Under the pieces are notes generated by a model. That model was given only the letters and a program-made list of their open reading frames with translations. It had not been told where the DNA came from and did not search any database. Shown here piece by piece: positions 9,553-22,909 of a DNA stretch of 53,220 nt (positions within the stretch are counted from its first letter, which is position 1; each line of letters opens with the position of its first letter). Origin of the DNA: Phoronis australis. Its lineage: Eukaryota; Animalia; Phoronida. The translations under genes were made by a program, and so were the position numbers. Location: positions 760,987 to 814,206 of the forward strand of contig NMRA01000022.1 of assembly GCA_002633005.1 (NCBI GenBank). Reading direction: 5' to 3'.

Positions 9553-11878
9553 CTGAAAAGCATTAAAAGCAAGGTAAAGATATTTTAGTTACTTTAATAA
9601 TATTCTGTGTGAAACTTGTAGCAGGTTGTAACAGCACATCACACCCACAAAAACATAGAACAGATAGCCTGTCCACAGTGTTATTGAATGTATGCACAAG
9701 ACTAAACACGCCAACCAAGACCCTTTTTAGTACAAAATCGAGTTAACATTGTAACATTAAATCTGGTCTACATACTGTCCAAGATGGCGTTGTAACATTT
9801 TCCCATTTTCCCTTTTTCCTACAGGTGCTAAATACAGCAATATTTGACAAAGCTAAAAAAGATCAAATGTGTAACTTGAGCACACTGAGAACATTTTCTC
9901 ACAGAACAATAAAGAAAAGGCTGAATGCCATCACTCGGCAGGACATTGTTATCCCATGAGTCACAAAACATAGTCACTGTGATGAATGACTATTTACTGC
10001 CTGGACTGGTTCCTTACTTTAACACTAGAGGAAGGAGTCGCTATATGTTCAGTTGTTCAGGCAGGTGACAAGCTTTGCTTGCAAGCAGACACAAAAACAA
10101 TCCTCAGAACCAGTGTCAGGGCTATGCATAACATCATGTTCAACCACCAGGTGACTCTGGTGTTAACCTGAGGTTTGGCGATCCAGACCAATTATTTCCT
10201 CAAATGATAAGAACATCGGTTCAAGGCTCTGGCCTCAAGCCAACCTAGTGTTCATCTTTTTAGAACTCAGCTCTCTACTATTTCACCTCCCTTCACAGGT
10301 AATGGGATAACTAATTGATTTTCAGAATTTGTTTTTTCTCCAACTTCCTGTTTTCGCTAATGGCAAATTTGCTCGGCCATTTGGGATCAATCTGAATGCA
10401 GAGTTTTTGAATTATATATAAACTAGATTGATAAGAAGCGACAGTCTCTAAAATTTTTCTGAATACATAAAATGGTACATTGTAACAGGAGTTGGTATTG
10501 TGAGATAACAATAACACATTACAGTAAATTCTCACCAATTTAGGAGACACTTAGTGCAGACAGGTGAAATTTTAATGTTCTTATTTTTCAATAAAAAATA
10601 AGTACATCACAATAGATGGTACCATTTTCAAAATCAGTACAGAAGCTACCATCAGAATGTTTTGAATGATATGGACTTTCGCAAGAATTTTGAACTGAAA
10701 AACGAAAAAGGGCAATTCCAGCAAGAATTTTTGCTTGAAATTGTCAAGGCCTTAGGGTAGCACAAAACAAAAATTAACTTTCTATTGTCTCCTTTCCATA
10801 CATGCTTATTCGGTGATTTACAAATGTGCAATGAAGAAATCCTTTAACATAAAGCAAGAAGGGAACACTAATTATTTTGTACTCATTCCAAAACCTGCTT
10901 ACCTGGACACATTTTTATGCAGTTGCAATTTTAATTTATTTGAATTGCTCCTGTTCATACTGACAGTTGCTGTGGTGTTGAATTTGTTTAACATTCATAG
11001 TAGGTTATAACTTGTTCAACTGCTTACCAAACCAGCCTCGCAAAAGGTTATACCTGGCCCTGCCATGGAGAGAACTTTTACAACCACTTTAAATTGTCCA
11101 CAACAGTTGTCACCTTTAAACGGGGTTTAAGAATTTGTCGAGCATAAGCATTTGGTGTGAACAATATATTATTCCTAAAATATTTGTGTCTAGATCATAA
11201 ATGAACAATCACTTCAGCTGTTAAGAGACACAAAAGCCTACAAGCACTGTTTAACTTGAGGCCTTTCACAGCATTCTGACATCAAAAAAGAAACTTAGTA
11301 ATGAAGACATGATACAAAATGAAACAATGTCCAGGGACAGATATGATCTAGACCAGGTCGTGAGGTACATTCGCTGAAACATGTGTTTCTGGGAAACCCA
11401 CTTCATCAGCCAGATGATAGAACAACAGTGCACACAGAGGGGAGCTATCCCACAATCCCTAGGTGCACCATAGGGCGATGGGATGGCCTAATGTGTTCAA
11501 CATGTGAAGAGAATAAGGCTATTTACAGCACAGCACTACATATCACCACACACACAGACACACACAAATACACACTCTTTCTGGGTTGGGTGTTTTATAA
11601 TCTAGTATGGTTCACCACACTGACTCAAGGTTTTGATTTAAAAATCATCCTTCATACCATAAGTGCATAGACTACTATACTCATTCATATCCACCTAGAA
11701 GACTACTTTATCTACCAGACATTCAGGATTCCATCTTTATCCGTTCTGCATCCCACAACAGCATTTGACTGTCCCACAGGCCTACAGGACGGTACCTATA
11801 AACTGAGCAGTTGTGTGAACACCTGGTTTTATATGTCACACTAGATAACCCTGTTTTCCCCCGTTTCATTTTACACAG

Positions 11879-11939
11879 CACAACAACACACAACAACAAC
11901 AACCACAACAACAACAACCACAACAACAACAACAACAAA
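11879..11939. repeat. (CAA)n microsatellite with CAC interruptions
   Basis: caacaacacacaacaacaacaaccacaacaacaacaacc... read directly. Confidence 0.9.
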
Positions 11940-12311
11940 CATTTCCCTCCCCTTACAGTGGCTTCATCCAGATGTCCTGTTTGGGATGTTGGCAATAAGG
12001 GATATTTAGTCCACTTCAAGCAAACTTAAGGTTGGCCCACAAGCAGACATTCGTTGATGAACAGCCAGTAATCAAGCTCCATCACACGATATTAATACTA
12101 GCTGTTCATAGACATGGGAATTTAAACACCATTCACCTAATTAACACGAACTGTTGGATAAGATGGAAAATTCATTAGTCATAACAGGAGGGGACCTACA
12201 CCAAGGAAGAATGAGCATTCAATAAATGACTTTGCCACACAAAATGCACACCAAGTGGCAATAGTCACCTGCACTGGTCCTGGATGTCACACCCGATATT
12301 TAGTTCCACAG

Positions 12312-12409
12312 AAAACTGGTTCTCAACATGAGGCACACCTGTATAGGCCACTAGTACCAAAACTGGTTCTCAACATGAGGCACACCTGTATAGGCCACTA
12401 GTACCAAAA
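12312..12409. repeat. 47-bp tandem duplication (2 copies)
   Basis: aaaactggttctcaacatgaggcacacctgtataggccactagtacc x2. Confidence 0.95.
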
Positions 12410-15400
12410 ACGCTTCCTGCCATAATTGTCTGAAGCAGAAAATTTGACTACAAAAATCAACATGCTCCAACTTATAGATCTTGAAGTGCAAACTGCAGCC
12501 AGGAGTAAAGTTTCTGAAATCACTCTATAGTGCAGTTCACAATCAAGTCAAGCATGGGCTGTAAGTAGTGTAGAACATCATCTGGACAACGCCATCGCAG
12601 AATGAAATATTCCAACAGATGCACACGATTTCACTATCTGAACCATATAGGCAAATGCTCAATTAACAACATGCTAGGGGAGCTCATAAAAAACTGTCTC
12701 GATGTTAAATGCGTTTGATGTAAATGAATTCCAATACCACCACTGGTGTGGATGACTAGTGAGACTTGATATGATATCTGCGAGCAGTTGAGAAAAACAG
12801 ACAGGCAGCTATTAAATGATTGCTAAAGACATATAAACAACCCACTAACTTTAAATCACCCAGAGCAAGAGCAACTAGTATAAGTAACTTCAAAAGAAAC
12901 ATTTTACGCAAATTTGCGAGTTCCTAGCGCAGTCAAAGGACATCAAAACAACCAGAAAGATGTAGCGCACCGTGTGGAACACGTGTGTTCTGGTCAGTTT
13001 TGTGGCCAAATGTTCAGTCACACTCACTGATTGGACCATAAATGACCAAATGGCACAGAGCCGAATGATCATTTAAGAAGAACCACACAAACACCAAAGA
13101 AGAAGTGCGCTAAGTTTTAAACAGAATTACAAAAACACAAAACCTTTTGAAGTGAACTTGGACCTGTAGCCTCGGTATTTATAAAACTGACATAAAATAT
13201 CAAGCATTCACAAATATTCGCAAAATACTTGACCACAATAATCAACATATTTTTGAATTTCTGTTCAATCTGTGGTACAACAAGCATTTAATGCATGCAT
13301 TCCATCATCTTAACGAAAATTTCTTCGCCAAAAATTTCAAAGCACCATTTGACAATGCCTAGCTTATAAACAGAAAGAATACTTGACTAATTATCTGAGC
13401 ATTTTATCATTTTTACATTTCATGAAAAATGTTTTCATTCACCGCAGATTTACTGGGTCTCTAGATACCCGATTTCCCATTATCACAGGTGTCAATGAGG
13501 ATAGTGTACTGTGGTCAATGTTATAATATCTGTAAGCACTACATGAATATGATTTAACAAGGACAAGATAAGATACACAGGCAGATGGGGGGGGGCAGGG
13601 CAAACAGCATATGTTGGACTTAGTACCCTCTAGTGCCCTTGTGGAACTAGGTGGACTGTCTTGAGATAGCATTGTATAAGACATCAATATTGTAATTTGT
13701 TTGCAGGCTGAGACAGCTTTTATCTAAGATAGTCTGGGAGCCTTTGGGTTGCTTAGCTAGATAACATGACAGGTGGGTTTCAGATATTGGGGTTCAAGAT
13801 TCAAAATGTGAACTGAATGTGTGTATTGAAGGTGACCAATTTTCAGGCACGAAGGAAAATATCAAGCCCCGTAAGTACAAAATTGTGAAAAGAATTATAA
13901 GTGCACTTAGACCTAATGAACGGAACATTTGTCTTGTGAAAACAAATCTTTATTTGAACGCTTTCCAAATGAGGAAGGCAAGCTTTTTGAAACTTCTATC
14001 ACACTACTGCCTTTTTTAACTTCAGTCTTCCTACCTGTTTCTCAACAGGTGTCTCTGCACAACTTACAGCAGCTGATGGCTTTCCAAGACACCTGAAACA
14101 TGTGACCAGGTGCCACAGGTAAGATAAAACTAATATGACCAGTCCAGGAATCTCAGATATTTAACGAGTTCCATTTGAAACATTGCCAGGGAGGTTCTAT
14201 AACTTTGTAGTATCAACCTCAAACTATCTTATCAATGAGTGGTTTACTAAAGGGACTTTCTAGTGATCTCGACATTTTTATTGTCAGTTCTACGTTAATT
14301 CTACGCACAACAGTAGTAAACAATCTGGATGCAGATGTCTTTGACAATATATGATCCGTGATAATTTTATAAAAGATAAAATTCAAATCTGCTAACTGCC
14401 CTGATATTGAAAGATACAGTTGTGAAAGGAGGGAGATAAATGATTCTATGAGATTCAAAGCGCCAGAGCTAAGCCTACCAATCACAGTAGTGAGCAAACA
14501 AAATTAAGTTAAGGCAGAAACCAAGGAAAGCTTGGATTATAAAAACACATATTTAACTAAGTTTTAAAAGGGCTCTAGTTATTTGCGAAATTTAATTAAA
14601 TGTGATTCATATCGCCAACATGACACTCTGGTATTCCACTGGGGTGAGGGCCAAAACATACAACATAGTTTTCATATCTACATGCTATTACCCTTATTTA
14701 AACAAAAGCCTTAAGAGCACCTTGAAAACCTGTGTGTTGCATAACTCAGGCCTCTTGCCCAGGACTGGAATGCTACATCAACAATATGTATTTCAAAAGT
14801 GGCCAAACAACAGCTACCTAGTACATTCCCCCTATTGCCTTTTAAGAGCACGCCGTACAGGTAGGTTCAAACATCTTCACTCCCTTCCATAGTGTATACT
14901 TGGATGTCATAAGTCTGCAGGGCGGAGACCTCTGTCCAGGATCAGTCAGGCCTGGAGGGTCAACACTACCGGAATTGAGACGCAACAAAGCACCAACAAT
15001 GTGGTACAGTTAAATTTGATAGGCTTGCCCAGGGTCAGTTGGCTAAATGACAGTCATACACTGGCAGCAGGGCATGCCAATACAATGCATTTATAGACAG
15101 ACTGCCCTGTTTTTCTTGGTTACGCAAACTTCAGCAGTGTTTGAACAGAGCCAGGTGAAAACGATCCTGTCATTCCCAGCCACGAATATCCCATCCATCA
15201 AGGCCTGGCCTATTGTTAGAGAGACAGCCTGCCAATGTCCTGCTCAACTGTAATAGGCAGGGATCCCTGGGACAAATGAAACACGTCAGCAATGAGAATA
15301 ATGCACAAAAAATCCGAACAGATAATGTGAGGGATTAGACATGGTGTGATGGACATACACTGAAATGAATTTTGCCATTGACTAAAGATTTAGAAAAGTA

Positions 15401-18400
15401 ATACTGTGGGGTTCAAATAAAAATTTACAACATGAACTGAAGTGTTATCGCGCATGTTAGTAATTTATAAGGGACTGATGCACATGTTGGATAACAGAAA
15501 TTTATTAGTTCTCATTTATAGTCAGTAACAAGCACTAATAGTAAAAGATTTACAGGTTTGCAAATAACACTTATAAAAAGAAGTACAAATAGTAACGCAG
15601 ATCGATCACCACATCTCAAATTATTTAGAAACTGCAACTGCAGAAATGTCCCCGAGGGATATAGAACAAACTAACCTAATTTAAGAAACAATGAACAGGT
15701 GAAAAATGCATTGGAGCCCGGATGAGTTACTTACACAATGCTTGAAGAGTTCCATATGTTTACCTGGGGATACTTAATGAGTGAATTTCAGAGAATACCA
15801 GTGGGAGGCTGGCATCCAGGTATTTAGACGGCTGAGCATTACTCCATGTGTAGCAAATAAGGGGTTGTTCTGTTAACAGTCTGCTAAAAATTTCATATTA
15901 ATGGTTCTTAAAGCATGACCTAAAAAATTAGAATAAAATCTAGTCAAATACCATTGTGTGAAATGACAGAAACATGTTGCATACATTGAACTTTGCTATT
16001 TATAATGCAGGAAAATGATTTTCAGACACTGCATATGTAGTTCCACAATTTACAAACACAGAAATGACTTTAGCACGTTGTGTATAAAAACGTCATTTTT
16101 AACAAATATTAAATATTCAACAAGAGCTCAAAAGCTGTTAATATTCATTACACTATCTATAACACTGAATAAAACATACTCCCAAATTTAGCTGTATAAT
16201 TTCACTCTTAAGATCTAAAATTTGCTTTTTATTATGTCAAATTTGAGGGAATACACAATGTCGGAGAGTGATAAAAATAATTTGATTGATTATGTAGCCA
16301 CAACAGCAGGTGTTATAGCACAATAATGTTAATTGAGGGGATTTTAAATTTAGTTAGAAAAAGAAAAATGGTTGACATTTAACACCTCACTTATAATGAT
16401 TTAACAGGTCAAATACGGGGCACTGCTCATAAAATGAGAACAAAATGAAAGAATTGGGCAGCCCAAGGCAATATTATTTTGCTTTGCATTTTGCAACTGT
16501 GTATTACACAGTTTGAATAAAGAGCTACCATAAGAAGTTCAGTTCCAACAGAAAAAAATAACTTCCTTTTTAAATGTCTTTTGCTTCATAAAAGGCAGAC
16601 GGCCAGATCAAACTGTTGATGCACATACAAAGATGATTCTGTTGTACCATAGTATTCAAGATTCTCACATTAATTAAAGTGTTTTAATGGTGACAAAGTG
16701 GACTCATACATTCCACAGGTGTGCAGAGCCCAGGTACTGCTGGACACTATAGTGGTTTTGTAGAGAGACAAGAGATTTATGGGACGCTGGTGACAGGGTT
16801 TATATTAGTGAGGCAGAGTAACACTTGGATTATGGGCCTTTAAAGAGAGATGGTAGCTAGGCACTCTTTAGTCACAAAGAAGACTATGTGAGGGGCGGGA
16901 CAAGGTAAAATGATTTCACAATCCTTGTGACTTGTTTCTATAAAAACCAAACTACTGCCTTTGGGAGATACATATTGTTGTAAGAAATATAATTGTAAGT
17001 ACTGGCTAGCTCTGTAGGTCAATGTAAAATAACAAGTGTTCCTTCCTTGGTGGCATTCAGAAAGTTACAAGACTTACCAACACTGGAGTGATGGCCTCTA
17101 AATAAATTGGCTTAACTGAAACCTCCATTTGAATTGAACACCTGCTAAGGTCAAAAGGTTTTTGTTAATTGTGATAGAAGCCTTTTGAGGCAAGAAACAC
17201 ACAGATGCTTGTGGTACTTCTTTGAATCAAGTTTGTTTTAAACCTAGGAAATTTTTGTCTTCTTGGTTTTGGTTCAAGTTTCAAACGCTTATGCTCTGAC
17301 CTTGTAAACATTTAAATCAACTGTCAAAAAGTTAAATAAAGTGCTCCATCCAGGTGACCAGGTAGGACTTGTATCCAAGACCAGTCATTTATAGGCAGAG
17401 AAGAGGCTGCTGGTGAACATCATTAGACCAATTTGTTGTGAGGTTTTGCTATGCGGCAAGCAGTTATGACAGCTAGCCAAGAGGATCCATACACACACTA
17501 TCTGGTGAATGGGGGGCTCTTTCTAAGGACAGGAAATCGTTAATTTTGGACCTGATAAGCCTTGAATTTGAGATATTCACACCACTTATCTAACGATAGA
17601 CTAAACACACTGCTGGATGTTGATCATTCAACAACTTACTGGAAAATAAAAAATTGATGTTTTCTAGAAACCATATTGGGTGCCAGTCATTCATTTGTGT
17701 GATTGGTGATTAATAGTGAAAGCTGTCCTGGTGCAGAGGAAGAGTCAGCTCTCAAGGCAGAGTGACCCAACCATATGACCCTCAAATTACACACGACCAT
17801 GATCAAATTTCACAAAATAACGGCAACAATAATCTAAAGAGGCCTCTGCTAAATAAAATGACACATTCATAATATATGACTGGTCTTAAATATTGATTTG
17901 CAATATGGGTGTCCTAAAACAACATCGTTTCAACATGCTGGTTTACTTGCCTATGAGAAAATTGAATTTATTACGGAAAAGGCAATTTTTCTGTGGTCAC
18001 AACACTCAAGCAGTTACCTGTATTCCCGCCAGCTACCAGACATGGCATTTTGGCAGCTTGCCTGGGGCAGACTGGGGTCTGACTTACTGTGACAAGGCTT
18101 TAGCTGAAGCAGGCCTGTCACAGAAAGCATTAGAGGCTCTCACCAGCACTAAGTCACCAAACTGGTCAGTATTCCAAGCTGGTTGAGAGGTATTGAATCA
18201 AAGGGCAGGGCAGAGGTCTTTGTGAAAGGACTCCAGGTTATTATCATGTAATGGTATGTTACTGGTTGCATGAGCTCATTGGGCAGTCACAGTCACAGAG
18301 TACCCTAATCATAAAATAACATTTTTATGGATGATTCAGAAGCTGCCAGTAAATATTAAAATCACATAATAGTGTGGTCACACACCTGTCTAAGACACCA

Positions 18401-21400
18401 TCCGTAACAATAGGGGAACGTGATCTGTCGAGTTTTCGATAAGTGAAATTTTAAAAAAACATGCCCAAGATCCTTAAAATACAAGCCACGTCTTGAAAAA
18501 ATCACAGATGTTTGTCACAGTAGCTCTATACTAATCCACAAAACCTACACAAAATGAAAACATTAATAATGGATATCTAAAAAAATTAACAGTTAAAACC
18601 AAAAGACGTTTATCGTTTCAGGCAAATGCTTAAAAAGTATGGCTTTTAACTCCAGGCCTCAAAGAAGAATATATACCTGTAACGAATGGTAATTAATTCC
18701 AAAAAACTGTTTGGCATTTCGCAACATACAAAAGTTGTCTCGGGCAACAGGCACACCAAGACGACAACTCGGGTTGCATCTGGTAATGACATGTGGGTTT
18801 ACACGGATATTCATTTCTTAGGGCAACAACAGCGCATAAAGGATTTGTGACTCTTGATTTATTCAGACATTCTAGCAAGGAGACATGATATCCTTAATGC
18901 AATTTAGGTAATGCTAAAATGGTTATTAAATAACCATCAATATTATAACCTGGGCTAAATTGTTTTGTAAGTGATGGGGACTGGGACCACAAGTGTGAAT
19001 GGCTGAAAAACACCTGGTCATGACGAAGTTAACTATAATTATAGGATAGTTACCAGCCAGTAACAGTCGACGATGGGATGTGCCTTCATAGTGTTTGTGG
19101 GGCGACATTATCATAAAAAAATTAAAACTGCATTGCATGGTAAATGGTTTCTTCCTGGTATGGTTATCTGAGTGCAAGCATTTTCCTTCCACGTGAACTA
19201 CTTCCGCAGGCAAAAGCAAATGAAAATGATAGAGTTAAGACAATTGGAAATGAGACTGGAGATGACAGCCCAGGGCAACAACTGAACTCTGCCAATTTAC
19301 AAAACCAGTTGACAAGCTGCACAGATGACAAACTGACAACCAGCCCTGTCATTCAATTACTCAATGTCCAGTGAAGAAGAATGCTTCAATTATCCAATGG
19401 CTGAAATACTGCATAACTTTCCACCAAACAGGCACCTAGCCCAATTTTTCCATTAGCAACCAGGCAAGACCCCATGTGAACAAAACAACAGAATGACTCC
19501 CATGCCAGCAGGAACAGAACCAGAACCAGTTGTAGATGATGCAATGGAGATGGTGGCAATAAGCAAGGACAACACTGATGGTGGCACCAACAGGAGACCA
19601 GACTAACCAGAAGGTATCTGGGACTCAGAAAGACAAACAGCAGAGACTTGGGTTATGTAATGAAGAGGTGTGGATGTTGTGAGAGGCTAGTGTTAGTGTG
19701 TGAAACAGGGCTTGTTCTCACCTTGGGAGCAGATCCAGAAACAACAGTTAACAGCAGGAGGGGACACATGCAAGGCAATCCTTGGGCAGATGTTGGCACC
19801 ATGCCATCATGGCTGATCTGAGAATTTGTTGGGATTCAGCTTTGAACAGTGTCCACTCACACCTTTTCCAGAGTTATACCTTTGTAAATTGTCTTAATGA
19901 TTCTAGCCAAGGATAAGCAATACATGACTTCAGGACACAGTAAAATCGTACCTATTCAAGAAAAGTGAAATTTGTTTTCTATTTTTACCCCAAAAGAATA
20001 GTTCTGTTACCATAGGTACCAACAGGCAAAATTTTTGAAAAGTTATGGGCATTCACATCAAAGTTAAAAGACCATGTGATAAATGATAAGAGGAGCAAAT
20101 TTGGCGACAATTTTTGTCCAAAATTGGTGAGGTTGTACGGCAATGTTCGCAAAATGATGTTTATTAGTGATCTTATAAAAAATTTCTTGAATATTTCATG
20201 AGTTTCTAATCATTTTTAATAAGTTTAATGCAATCTATTTTTGTCACTTTCCAAGTTTTCTGTGCTGCCATGAAAAAACAATGAACACAAATTCACAGCA
20301 TTTCCACCTCCATGAACACAAAAAAATTGCGGGACTGCTTTATTTTGAATTCCGAAGTGTTTTGTCTATTCTGTCAAGCATAGAATACCAGAATTTTCTG
20401 GGTAGTTCACCATAACTTAGGACAAAATAAATGCCCAAAACTGAGAACACTTGGGAGTTCTAACAGGTATTTTTAAAATGCATGGCATCTGATGATATTG
20501 AGCGATGTATCCAGCAACACAATATTGGTCTTGAATTTGAGATAGAAAAAAATTCTAAAATTGCAATTTTTAAGTTTTTAATGGCTTACTAGTTTGCTGC
20601 ACATGCTCCAAAAATGCTTATAATGAAGTTTATATTTTTGATGGCTATTATTTCTACTTTTTAGCCATTGTTTCCCCAAAAATCTAGCCGTATTGCTTTG
20701 TTTCCCCCAAAAAACAACAAAACAATTGCATTAATTCTCATTTATGTGTTTCCAGTGAGAGTGTAAGTTCAACCCAATGGTCATAATTTAGGGACTAAAC
20801 ATGCGGGATCGTTTTCTGTTTTACTTAAATATTATACAACCAGCGTTTTAGGCCAAATGCTCAACATGAAGATGATGATGACTACCCAACCACTGAGGAT
20901 GGTGTAAGTTCTAAATGAAAGGTGTGTTGGTATATATGTACGGATATATCTTCATTAAAGCTTTCTTCACCAACCTCCAACTTAAATATTACTTAGGGTT
21001 CAACAATTGTAGAACATAACCGCTGGTCTAGTGTCACGCATCAACTGATGTTGTGTTCAATGAAAATTTTGCTGCCGAGATACACCCATTAGAGTTGGAT
21101 TATGAACATCCACCTCTGTTTGTTCCACATGACGGTGAAGGGATGAGGTTACAAAATCTCACTAGGTAACACTTGGCAAACAGAAAGGCCACAGTGAATA
21201 TCACAGATGTTGATTGGGTACATGGTTTGGTGTCTATTAGCTGTCAATGAAGGATAAATACCTATTCAGGTGTTGTTTTGATTGAATAGTCCACCCATTA
21301 TTGACACCAACAAACTGGTGGATGAGTTTATCTTGATTTAACAAGCATTATTGAGAGGTATAAGAGATCACCATAACCTACAAGATCCTGCTGAATTCCA

Positions 21401-22804
21401 TTGGCTGGTGAAAAATTAGACAAACGTATCGTCACAATGAGCGAGGAACACATGGGATTGGAGGAACAGAGGGAAGAGTAAATATTGCTAACTACCACAT
21501 AAGTGCACAGAGATGCTAGAATAACAGGCTGGCATAGTGAACTGGAGTCGGGCGGACCCGCACGTTTTAGAAATAGGACCAAAAAATAACACCACTGCTG
21601 GCAATAGAAAAACAACTTGGGACTGAGGGTTTAACAGGTGACTGAACAGCCTTGTGGCCCGTTCGTTGGTCGAGGTGTGAAATTGACATACATATGATTG
21701 ATTTAAGGATTTGCGAAATGTGCGATTTGTACTGAACAATCGGGGGTTCAAAGAACTTTACGAGGAAGCGCCTTTTCAGATGTTAAATGTGTGAAGTTCA
21801 CGCAGGCGAAAATTAAATGAAATGGAAGATTTCTCTGTCAAGCATGGAAGAAAGGTGGAATTCTTGCTGACTAAGAAAACTTTACTTCATAATCAACACA
21901 GTGGATACTGTACAGAAGTTACCAAGCAACGATGCAAAAATATTTGGACATTTAGAGCAACAACCAAGCCAACAAAAACACAGAATAACTAATTTGTAAA
22001 ACGTTTTAGTCTAAAACTGCAGTAGCTTCACACAAATACAATTCAAATAATGCTTCACTTCAACAAATATGCAACACAGCAACACATTTAAACACATAGC
22101 AGCCTTGTAAATGAGCAACAAAGCTCCTGCATGAAATACTTATACAATGAGCACTAACCTACAGATCGTAAAGACCTTACTTTTCCACTTTTAAAAACAC
22201 GAGAACATTCATTTTAGCAAACATAGATTTGTGGCCAGAATTGTCAAACTGTCTTAATTTTTGGTAATCAAAATTCAACATGTTAGACTTACGGTATATG
22301 CTACTGAAATATGTAAATTCTGTTCTAAATCTATAATTCTTTGAAAGAAGTCAGATTATGCTATTGCGGAAAATCAGGGTCTCTAAGAATGCACAAGCAT
22401 ACATACACACAACAGTACAGCAGTCCATCCATAACAACTGCTGCAATCCTTGTTTACTCTGTTGAAATGATGGCAAAACAGCATTTGCATCAAAGTGACA
22501 TTACTGGCGAGAAAAGCGGTTTTCTGAGATCAGCCCCAGCGCAGATTCAAACCTGAAATCTTCGTGGGTGTAATCAAATGCTCCACAAGCAGAGGTAAAT
22601 AGTTCTGGGTAGCGGCTGGGTATTCTAAGGGGAATTAGCTAGTGAAGTCAAAGGCCTTGACATCAGAGAATGTCTTGTGTTTTGGCCGTAAAACGGAATG
22701 TCTCTTTTGTTACAGTTCTTCTCCTTTTGCCTTCGATATGGCAAAAGTCAGCTCATTTCTACCTCAGCTTGCTAAATTTTCTAATAAAGTAAGACTTGGC
22801 TCAC

Positions 22805-22895
22805 CTTTCTTCCGTGCCTTGATCAACTCCGTCTCGTCCCCAGCCTGGACCAGAGTAGAGATCAGCAACACCAACTCAATTGTTAGTGGTTTCAT
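22805..22895 (-). CDS. FGFR: FGFR first coding exon (signal peptide); the full exon including 5'UTR is 22805-22917
   Basis: Acceptor ttcttctgtgctttgcag| before 22917, ATG at 22895, donor AAG|gtgagc. The 91 coding nt end in phase 1, matching the Ig1 exon. Encodes MKPLTIELVLLISTLVQA-GDETELIKARKK: basic N-terminus, hydrophobic core and a VQA cleavage-type motif. Confidence 0.82.
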
Positions 22896-22909
22896 ATCCG
22901 CAAAATCAT
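22892..22909 (-). promoter_or_regulatory. 5-codon uORF (MILRI*) whose TGA overlaps the FGFR ATG
   Basis: Minus strand reads ACC ATG ATT TTG CGG ATA TGA AA; the ATGA tetranucleotide holds both the main ATG and the uORF stop. Confidence 0.65.

Noticed and set aside
11723-12029. Poly-Leu and poly-Asn ORFs resembling a signal or TM segment
   Set aside because: These are translations of the (CAA)n microsatellite.
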